DNA of 64,000 bases, taken from the IMG/VR virus record IMGVR_UViG_2799112289_000001; one strand, 5' to 3'. Made by a program: the position numbers and the translations under genes. The DNA is from an uncultured virus (IMG/VR IMGVR_UViG_2799112289_000001). Taxonomy: Duplodnaviria > Heunggongvirae > Uroviricota > Caudoviricetes. Positions within the stretch are counted from its first letter, which is position 1; each line of letters begins with the position of its first letter. The notes under the pieces are model-generated. The model did not search any database, had not been told where the DNA came from, and was given only the letters and a program-made list of their open reading frames with translations. This document shows, piece after piece, positions 56,862 to 64,000 of this stretch.

Positions 56862-57656
56862 TCATAGTTTCTGTGCGAACAATGACGTGGTGTGGCCGGC
56901 ACAACCTTGATCGTTCTGACGCGGCTTTTTGGCTTCGTCGCCTGCGAACAAAACATCGTCATCCGGTATTGCGTCGAGGAACATCTGAACAGTCGCGTCG
57001 ATATCGGCTCCACATTTTATCCACCCCGGTCCGGCGATCAGTACCTCAAATCCATTCGGTATTAGAAACAGCCCGCAGGCCTCGCCAGACTGCTCGTCGA
57101 CAAAGAATTCCAGTGACCCGAACGGGATGGCGTCCGGAATGGAAAATACACTGGCGTAGTAGCCGCGAAGGGATGATCGTTCCCCAATCTCTGCCGTCAA
57201 CAACGGGTTCAGCGTTCCCACGTGCACTTCGCACAGCGGTGTCGTGTAAAACCCTGTCTCCACCTCCGGATAATCCATGAGCTTGTGCATGACTTCGCGC
57301 ATGCGATCCATATGCTTCATAAGAGGCAGAGATTTGGACCTGGCACCATTGAGACGGCGAACGTCAAAGCAGTCTCGACCGACAAAGTTGTCAAAGTCAT
57401 GGATTGCCTTCGCGTCGCCCTGGCTGATAGTTCGATCCTCGCCGATCTCAGCGAGTACCGCACGGATCCTAGCAAGATGTCCAATGAGCAGATCCGATTT
57501 ACTGCAGGTGCCGTCCCTATCCCAAACATCAAAGCAATCGCCGCCGACAAAGGCCTCGAAATCATGAAGCGCTCGTGCGTCATCCTGGCTTAGCGTCAGA
57601 ATGCCGGCCTTTGGCGTTGCTTCGTCGAAATCATTTTCAAGATCTTCGTTGCTCAT
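56862..57656 (-). CDS. Hypothetical protein with duplicated N-terminal module
   Basis: Two copies of SQxDAxAxHDFxxFVGxDCFDV..G..SKS. Confidence 0.7.
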   Translation of the reverse strand: MSNEDLENDFDEATPKAGILTLSQDDARALHDFEAFVGGDCFDVWDRDGTCSKSDLLIGHLARIRAVLAEIGEDRTISQGDAKAIHDFDNFVGRDCFDVRRLNGARSKSLPLMKHMDRMREVMHKLMDYPEVETGFYTTPLCEVHVGTLNPLLTAEIGERSSLRGYYASVFSIPDAIPFGSLEFFVDEQSGEACGLFLIPNGFEVLIAGPGWIKCGADIDATVQMFLDAIPDDDVLFAGDEAKKPRQNDQGCAGHTTSLFAQKL

Positions 57657-57865
57657 GGCCTTTCTCCTTGTGGTTCATAGGTCGGCACCCATCCCCGGGT
57701 AAATCCGACGCTCATGCCGCATTCGGTCAGCACCAGTTGGCCGCGCACATATTGCAGCGTGACCAGAAGATCTGCGATCACCGCCCGCGCATCACCGTCA
57801 TAAAGGGCGAGAGCAGCCTCGACGGGATCACTCGCAGACTCAAAATCAACAGCTTCGGCACTCAT
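57653..57865 (-). CDS. Small hypothetical protein
   Basis: DGDARAVIADLL..SVGFTRG; GGAG RBS; ATGA coupling. Confidence 0.65.
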   Translation of the reverse strand: MSAEAVDFESASDPVEAALALYDGDARAVIADLLVTLQYVRGQLVLTECGMSVGFTRGWVPTYEPQGERP

Positions 57866-57961
57866 TGGACACACATCTCCGTCCGCCGGCCAGCCGCGGC
57901 GGCTTTCGTTTCCAGATTGTTGGATCATCGAGCAACGCACAGCCACGCGGTTGCTCAGGAT

Positions 57962-57976
57962 GTTCTCATTATGTTC
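57962..57976 (-). promoter_or_regulatory. Alphaproteobacterial LexA (SOS) box
   Basis: GTTC-TCATTAT-GTTC, exact GTTC-N7-GTTC, upstream of the leftward operon containing SRAP. Confidence 0.8.
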
Positions 57977-58354
57977 TGGTGGGGGGCGTGAGTCAAGATC
58001 GACAAATTAAAAGCCCATCACGGGCTGTGTGGCGGGCTTCCCCGCCGCCACGGGGCGACCGAAGGGGACGAACCCAACGTTCGCCGATTTTAAACTGCGG
58101 TTGTGCTAATATGTTCCAGGCGATTGCACGAAGATCAGGACTGTTTTCGGATCGCTGCAATGATGGTTTCGACTTCGCCGATTGTGATCAACGCCAGCAT
58201 GTGATTATCGGCCAGGTCGACAAGGGTGGCCGCCACTGGCGGCATCCTCGCGGCTCTAGATGGTAACCGATTTGAAACCACTGGTAGTCTTTATTGCCTT
58301 CCGACATGGCCGTCCCCGCGGCTATCATATCGCTCCGTTTGGGAGAGAGGGTCT

Positions 58355-58981
58355 TTGCCAAATCCAATTCCTTTGAACTGCCTACGCCAAGTCGGTGTAA
58401 ATCTCGAAGGCCGCTCAGGCACGGGTTTTCTCGTCAATCGCCGGGGGATTGTCTGGCTAGTGACTTGTGTCCATCTCGTGACCGGAAGGGATGAGTCCCC
58501 GATAGATGTCACGCCTTTCATAGGCGCAACTCTCCGCGTCGTCGGAACGAATGTCGAAATTCCGTTCTATTTGAGCGGACAAAAACGGTTCTCGTTGATA
58601 GGGCATGAGCCGACCAACACCTTGCTCGACGTAACAGCACTCAAGCTCGCTGCCCATGAGATCCAGAAGCTCTCACATTTTGGCATGTATGAGATCGAGT
58701 CGATCGTATCCGTCGAGATCGCCGAAATGGTCACCGCGAGAGGGTTTCCGGGTCTTCAGACTGTATCGATCCCAGAAACGGTAGTAGAAGCAACCGTGGA
58801 GCAGATGGTCGGAATCAGCCTTGTGCTCTCCAAGAGCGGTGCTCCTGGCCTCTCTGGCGGGCCTGTCGTCAGCGGCAAGGGGCTGGTCGGCATCGCACAT
58901 GGTAACTTGGGGACAGCTCCGAATTTCACCAATGCTCAAGTGCTGGCCTTTAGTAGTTTCGCGGCTCACCTTTTTCAATAA
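58355..58981 (+). CDS. Trypsin-like serine protease
   Basis: GTGFLV, VTCVH, LDV, GLSGGPV; TTG start after GAGAGG. Confidence 0.8.
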   Translation: MPNPIPLNCLRQVGVNLEGRSGTGFLVNRRGIVWLVTCVHLVTGRDESPIDVTPFIGATLRVVGTNVEIPFYLSGQKRFSLIGHEPTNTLLDVTALKLAAHEIQKLSHFGMYEIESIVSVEIAEMVTARGFPGLQTVSIPETVVEATVEQMVGISLVLSKSGAPGLSGGPVVSGKGLVGIAHGNLGTAPNFTNAQVLAFSSFAAHLFQ

Positions 58982-59216
58982 GGCCGATCTTGCGCCACAG
59001 CTACACTCGACAGCTACAGCTACATTTTGAGCTGCTTCTATGGTTGCGTGGTGGCGCGTTTTGGAAGGCGATCTCTCCCTAGAGCGTTCGCGCCCTCGAA
59101 ATCATATGCGCTTCCTGAGCGTGTCAAGTAGCGCCAGTTAGCCAGTCAATGCGAACGATTTGGAAACGTCTATGGCTAACCGCCGTGCCAGCCAATTGTT
59201 ATTGAAACAAATTCTC

Positions 59217-59235
59217 AGTCCCTCCGGGCCCACCA
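59217..59235 (+). repeat. attR core: duplicated tRNA 3' end (probably a CAU-anticodon Ile2/Met tRNA)
   Basis: AGTCCCTCCGGGCCCACCA is a T-arm 3' half plus acceptor strand and CCA, with no tRNA 5' half upstream; isotype recalled from memory. Confidence 0.75.
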
Positions 59236-59296
59236 TCCTCCTTCTAATCATTATAAAATCGGGCTTGAGCCCACCCAAGAGTGGGCCCGACGTGGG

Positions 59297-59395
59297 TGTA
59301 ACCGGTCGCGAATTTCCGGAATTTTGTCATGACGTTCGGGAATTTCTGATGTCATGCAGGGTGTAGCCGGTCGCGCCATTGTAGCCGGTCGCGCC
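59297..59395 (+). repeat. Direct repeats TGTA(G/A)CCGGTCGCG
   Basis: Copies at 59297-59310, 59362-59377 and 59380-59395. Confidence 0.75.
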
Positions 59396-59643
59396 TTTTT
59401 GCAATTTTGTCACCGGCTTTTGCAAATTTCCATTTTCACGACCAGTCAGCTTTTAGGTTCTAGCCAGCCGCCGTCGGCCGTCGGATGTCTCCCCTGCATC
59501 TGCTTCGTCCCTCAAAGCAGAAGTTGGCAACGATGGACCCTTTTCTCCGCATGTGTATTTCCTTTTAGCCTCGTCGCGCGCAAGGTTGTCCGGCAGACAG
59601 ATCCACAATCACGGTCCATTCAACGGCGAAGGAGGTAAGTGCC

Positions 59644-61260
59644 ATGAGTGACGACCACAACAAGACATCCGCAGCCGCTTCATTCTCTGCCAGCCGCCGG
59701 GAGCTGTTGCTCGGAGCCAGTGCGTTTGCCCTTGGGGGCATTGCGTTCGCTTCAAGTGCGCCTTCGGCCAGTGCTCAGCAAGCAGCCGCGCCGGGCAGAA
59801 GGCCGCCGAACTTTCTGATCCTCTGGGGCGATGACATCGGCTACTGGAACGTCAGCGCCTACAATCAGGGAATGATGGGATATAAGACGCCGAACATTGA
59901 TCGGATCGCCAAGGAAGGAGGCCTTTTCACAGACTACTACGGCCAGCAGAGCTGCACCGCTGGACGCGCCGCTTTCATCACCGGACAGTCACCCTATCGA
60001 ACGGGTCTTCTGAAGGTCGGTTTGCCGGGCGCCAAAGAAGGTATGCAGGCCGAGGATCCCACGCTTGCAGACTTGCTGAAACCCTTCGGCTACATGACGG
60101 GGCAGTTCGGCAAGAACCATCTCGGCGATCTGGACGAGCATCTGCCGACGGCGCATGGCTTCGACGAGTTTTTCGGCTCCCTCTACCACCTTAATGCCTC
60201 AGACGAACCGGAACACCCTGACTACCCGAAGAATCCCGAGTTCAAGAAACGGTTCGGGCCGCGCGGCGTCCTGCACACCTATGCCGACGGCCGCATCGAG
60301 GACACCGGACCCCTTACCAAGAAGCGAATGGAGACGATCGACCAGGAGGTGACCGATGCCGCGATCGACTTCCTGAATCGAGCCAAGGAGCAGGATAAAC
60401 CATTCTTCCTGTGGTGGAACGCGACCCGCATGCATGTCTGGACGCGGCTAAAGGAGGAGAGCCAGGGCAAGACGGGCTTCGGCATATATCCCGATGGGAT
60501 GGTCGAGCACGACGCGATGGTGGGGCAGATGCTGAAGGCCTTGGATGACCTCGGCCTCGCAGAGAACACTGTGGTCATGTACTCCACCGACAACGGTGCG
60601 GAGAAGTTCACGTGGCCGGACGGCGGCCAGTCACCGTTCCGCGGTGAGAAGAACACCAACTGGGAAGGCGGCTATCGCGTGCCCTGCGCGGTTCGGTGGC
60701 CGGGCGTCATAAAGCCGGGGACGACCTACAACGAGATCATCGCTCACGAAGACTGGATACCGACGCTGGTCGCCGCAGCCGGCGATCGGGACATCAAGGA
60801 TAAGCTGCTAACTGGGCACACGGTCGGTGCTAAGACGTTCAAGGTTCGGCTCGATGGCTACAACATCACGGATTATCTCGCAGGAACCGGCGATGATCCG
60901 CGCAAAGAGTTCATCTACTTCGTGGATGACGGAAGTCTCGTCGGGCTCCGCTATCTTCAATGGAAAATTGTCTTCGCCGAGCAACGTGCTCATGGGCTTG
61001 ACGTCTGGCAGGACCAGTTTGAGCCCCTGCGTCTTCCGAAGCTATTCAATCTTCGCTCCGATCCATTTGAGACTGCGGATGAGGAGGGAATGGACTACGA
61101 ACGATGGCGGGTTGAGCATCTGTTCGTACTAGTGCCAGCGCAGGCCTATGTGGCCAAGTTCCTCGAGACGTTCAGGGAGTTCCCGCCGAGGCAGAAGCCC
61201 GGTAGCTTCTCGATCGACCAGGTTCTGGAAAACATGGAAGAGGCTTCGATGGGCGGGTAA
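59644..61260 (+). CDS. Tat-exported arylsulfatase
   Basis: SRRELL Tat motif; PNFLILWGDD, CTAGR formylglycine motif, GKNHLG, TDNG. Confidence 0.93.
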   Translation: MSDDHNKTSAAASFSASRRELLLGASAFALGGIAFASSAPSASAQQAAAPGRRPPNFLILWGDDIGYWNVSAYNQGMMGYKTPNIDRIAKEGGLFTDYYGQQSCTAGRAAFITGQSPYRTGLLKVGLPGAKEGMQAEDPTLADLLKPFGYMTGQFGKNHLGDLDEHLPTAHGFDEFFGSLYHLNASDEPEHPDYPKNPEFKKRFGPRGVLHTYADGRIEDTGPLTKKRMETIDQEVTDAAIDFLNRAKEQDKPFFLWWNATRMHVWTRLKEESQGKTGFGIYPDGMVEHDAMVGQMLKALDDLGLAENTVVMYSTDNGAEKFTWPDGGQSPFRGEKNTNWEGGYRVPCAVRWPGVIKPGTTYNEIIAHEDWIPTLVAAAGDRDIKDKLLTGHTVGAKTFKVRLDGYNITDYLAGTGDDPRKEFIYFVDDGSLVGLRYLQWKIVFAEQRAHGLDVWQDQFEPLRLPKLFNLRSDPFETADEEGMDYERWRVEHLFVLVPAQAYVAKFLETFREFPPRQKPGSFSIDQVLENMEEASMGG

Positions 61261-61303
61261 ATCCGGCCCTTAAGACGGGAGTGCTCGACTTACTACACCT
61301 CCA

Positions 61304-61340
61304 AAGCGGACCTGCGGGAGCGCCAAGCCAAGGTCCGCTT
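61304..61340. repeat. Inverted repeat downstream of sulfatase
   Basis: AAGCGGACCT-N17-AGGTCCGCTT. Confidence 0.55.
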
Positions 61341-61427
61341 CTGGCGCAAAGCGCTCACGGATGTCCCAGCGGCATTTCTACCGAATTCCGCAATTCGAAC
61401 GGTCTTTGATGTCCTCTCAAACCCTAT

Positions 61428-61900
61428 TTAAAGTCCTTTCAAAGTGGGCATCTTTGAGAGTTCGCCACGCATACGTTGCAGCCAGAGAGACCACCCCGTT
61501 ACCGGCTGCATCGGATCGGTCCACCCGATCGGCCATCCCATGATCCAGTCCGAAAAGTTCGGGTTGAAGGTCAGGTCGTTGGCCGGGTTCCTCAATGGTG
61601 AGGTTACTCGGCATGAAGGGCGGCACGATCTCCCGCCTGAAGCTTGGTGTTTTGTGGTTGCGCTCATCCTCATGGGGCTTGGGTTTTTGCGGCGCTCTGT
61701 GCACTGGTGGTATCTTGTGCCCGCTCGAGTCGAGAGTACGGTTGGCAGCATTGAAGACACCCGCTACGAACCTCCCGCACGCCTCTTTAGCGCACTTCAA
61801 AGCCCTTCAACCGATAGTCATGGAAGGCGGGCGACCGTAGCGGTGGGGTGTGGCGTTTCTGCGGACGATCGAATAGAGGCTTCGGACGCCGTCTTACAGC
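61428..61900 (-). pseudogene. Fragment of a phage-type DNA cytosine methyltransferase C-terminus
   Basis: FNPNFSDWIMGWPIGWT motif; upstream part broken across frames. Confidence 0.55.
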
Positions 61901-62064
61901 CGTAATCGACTTCTCCAGGTTCGAAATGGTTTTGTAGCGCGACGCCGGCAGTCTCTCCGCTGTCAACATCCGGCAGTTAGTGGAGAAAGAAAATGCATCT
62001 AAAAGGAAAATCACAGCGCACCATCGCCGCGAACGGTCACCCCGTAGGCGATCGGATCGCTCCT

Positions 62065-62385
62065 ATGATCGCGTCCCAAAGCAAATATATCGCATTCGGT
62101 ATCTTTCTCATCGCCGTCGGTGCCAGCACGCCCGCCAGCGCGATATCTCGGGTGAGCTCAATGAGCCACTCCTGCTCCCAGCTGCGTCAGATAATTAATA
62201 CTCAAGGGGCCGTCATCGTCACCCATCCCGGTTCGCGCGCTTCGGGGACTTTATACGACCGATACGTCAGCGACAGCCGATATTGTGCTTCCGGAGACGT
62301 TGCGACCGACGACTGGGTTCCCGCGCAAGATGGCAGCTGCCGTCTTTCTAACTGTCAGACCTACGAGCCGCCATTTGACAATTGA
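62065..62385 (+). CDS. Small secreted Cys-containing protein
   Basis: Signal peptide ..PASA; four Cys; LYDRYV. Confidence 0.7.
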   Translation: MIASQSKYIAFGIFLIAVGASTPASAISRVSSMSHSCSQLRQIINTQGAVIVTHPGSRASGTLYDRYVSDSRYCASGDVATDDWVPAQDGSCRLSNCQTYEPPFDN

Positions 62386-62619
62386 AGGCGACCGTTCGTC
62401 GTCGCCTGTGCGAAATCATGCAGCGGTGTTCGTTGTGCTGGTTCTATTGGCGCCGGCTCACGAACGTCGCCACGGCGATGCAACTCGTTCTGGGCGCGGC
62501 CCACCATTTCCGAATTCATGCGACTAGACCAATAACAAGCTATAGCAAGATTTCCTGTTTGGTTTCCGGCACATCTGACTTAGAGAAAAGCCAGATGTGT
62601 TCGATAGGAAAGATACTCC

Positions 62620-63090
62620 ATGATCATTAATCCCGAACGCGACGCCTCAGATTTGTCGGTTGATCGCGAGTTTTTCGATCTGCTCACCGGAAGTTATGCC
62701 CATATCGTCGGGAGGCCTCTTGTCGGCGAGGGGCAGGGGCCGGGTTGGCTTTATTACGATGCCCCCTTTGTGGTCGTGGCGCACAATACCGACGCTGATC
62801 CGCGTTTCATCTATGCCAATAAAGCCGGCCAGGCTTGTTTCGAATATCCTTGGGACGAATTTACCACTTTGCCGTCGCGTCTTTCGGCTGAGCTTCCCAA
62901 TCGGGCCGAACGTCAGCAATTGTTGGATGCGGTTACACGCGACGGTTTTATCTCGGGTTACCGCGGGTTGCGAATTGCAAAATCGGGACGGCGTTTCTGG
63001 ATGGAAGACGGCATCGTCTGGCAGCTCATCGATCGCGACGGAAATCGGCGCGGGCAGGCGGCGACGTTTTCGAAATGGAAAGACGTGTAG
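62620..63090 (+). CDS. MEKHLA domain (PAS-like) protein
   Basis: APFVVVAH..DPRFIYAN..LPSRLSAE..YRGLRIAKSGRRF..GQAATF. Confidence 0.88.
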   Translation: MIINPERDASDLSVDREFFDLLTGSYAHIVGRPLVGEGQGPGWLYYDAPFVVVAHNTDADPRFIYANKAGQACFEYPWDEFTTLPSRLSAELPNRAERQQLLDAVTRDGFISGYRGLRIAKSGRRFWMEDGIVWQLIDRDGNRRGQAATFSKWKDV

Positions 63091-63256
63091 ACCGGGTCGG
63101 CGGGAGCCCCGCTATCGCAGGAGCAATCTGATGCCGGGTTAGAGCCGTGACAACGCGATAGATGGCGACGATGACAGCTTCTACGTCGCGAATCGGCGGA
63201 AGTTCACGCCGTTGATCCGCCCCTTGCTTTGGTGGCAGGGGAAATCTGCAGGGATA

Positions 63257-63640
63257 TCAAGCCACCGGTTCCAATGCCTTTTCCTGTTCGATTTCGCGAG
63301 TTGTATCGTAATCGGTCTCACTAGACTGTTCATATTCGGCGGAGAAGAACTCGGCGGCGTGACGGCCGGCAGATGTCCTGTCGTTTTCGATCACGGCGGC
63401 GATGCGCCGGAACAGTTCGGCCTCAAAGCCGCCTGCGTTATTGACGTGGTTCGGCCGTGCCAACCGCGCGCCTCCGTCCAATCGGATCGCGGAGACATAA
63501 AACTCGCCATCGTAACCGTCTCCTGCCGATGTCAATTCGGCGCTGCCGTAGAGGAGCAGGCCCGTTTCCCAGCGGTCGCAGAGGTTGATAGTGAGTTCGT
63601 CGAATGAGTATTCACAAGAAAAAACGGCGGCAGACATCAT
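63257..63640 (-). CDS. Hypothetical protein
   Basis: Acidic ORF, TGATG coupling to upstream gene. Confidence 0.65.
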   Translation of the reverse strand: MMSAAVFSCEYSFDELTINLCDRWETGLLLYGSAELTSAGDGYDGEFYVSAIRLDGGARLARPNHVNNAGGFEAELFRRIAAVIENDRTSAGRHAAEFFSAEYEQSSETDYDTTREIEQEKALEPVA

Positions 63641-63972
63641 CACGCGGCCATTTGTGCAACTGATACGAGCGATTTGGCTGACAGGTGATGGATCTCCTCC
63701 ATCATCGTTGCCCGATCCCTGGCAATTGACATCCCAAAGGGTCTGGCGTCGATGCGCAGCAATTCCAGCCATAAGTTTGCAATTCGCTCGGCTCGGCTCT
63801 GGTCTTCAGTTTTGGTCGCCTCGGTTGCTTGTTGGCGTGCCCATCTCCAAGCCCTCGAGAGTGCACGGGCGAACCATTTACGCCGGGCGGCCGCGGTCGA
63901 AGGCCGGCATAATCGCGTGTCTTGGTGGTAGAGCGTCCAGGCGGTAGTCATGACATCGGGTATCGCAGGCAT
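63640..63972 (-). CDS. Hypothetical protein, mobile-element type
   Basis: VMTTAW..FARALSRAWRWA; AAGGGAAG RBS. Confidence 0.6.
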   Translation of the reverse strand: MPAIPDVMTTAWTLYHQDTRLCRPSTAAARRKWFARALSRAWRWARQQATEATKTEDQSRAERIANLWLELLRIDARPFGMSIARDRATMMEEIHHLSAKSLVSVAQMAA

Positions 63973-64000
63973 GAATGACGTCTTCCCTTTCTGCACCCGT

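Larger units (their letters stand above)
1..59235. mobile_element. Temperate siphovirus-like prophage integrated at a tRNA 3' end (left boundary outside window)
   Basis: Ordered lambdoid modules (int-xis, cI/cro, replication, terminase, portal, protease, capsid, tail, lysis) ending at a tRNA 3'-end copy at 59217-59235. Confidence 0.93.

Noticed and set aside
59160..59235. Complete tRNA gene
   Set aside because: Only the 3' 19 nt are tRNA-like; no D-arm or anticodon arm upstream
59297..59395. CRISPR array
   Set aside because: Repeats are 14-16 bp with irregular spacing (2 bp between two copies) and no cas genes
59644..61260. Arylsulfatase as part of the prophage glycan system
   Set aside because: It lies beyond the attR core and has higher GC than the cargo block

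Overview
Positions 1-59235 are a nearly complete temperate prophage with an HK97-type head and a long non-contractile tail. The host is probably Rhizobiaceae, inferred from an alphaproteobacterial GTTC-N7-GTTC LexA box, CCUCCUCCC-loop hairpins and gene content. From left to right it carries a Septu-like ATPase+HNH pair, a tyrosine integrase and excisionase, an early-left operon, a cI/cro switch with clear 16-bp operators, two DNA methyltransferases, a replication initiator, a NusG-paralog late regulator, and packaging, head, tail and lysis genes. An AT-rich cargo block follows (43126-54691), then an SOS-box-controlled SRAP cassette and a duplicated tRNA 3' end (attR, 59217-59235); attL must lie left of the window. 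Beyond attR are a Tat-exported arylsulfatase, a MEKHLA protein and remnants of a second element. The best candidate for an undescribed system is the cargo block. It encodes an ADP-heptose pathway (hldE, gmhB) without gmhA but with an AGE-family isomerase in the operon, a GT2-GT9 fusion, a sulfotransferase, an APS kinase, a methyltransferase, and a Ser/Thr-rich protein built as signal peptide-passenger-S74 autocleavage chaperone-membrane anchor. Two RNA elements also stand out: a three-hairpin kissing-loop element that hides the tail-chaperone Shine-Dalgarno, and a cuckoo-like CCUCCUCCC RNA in the PL leader. All calls come from reading motifs by eye; no searches were run.
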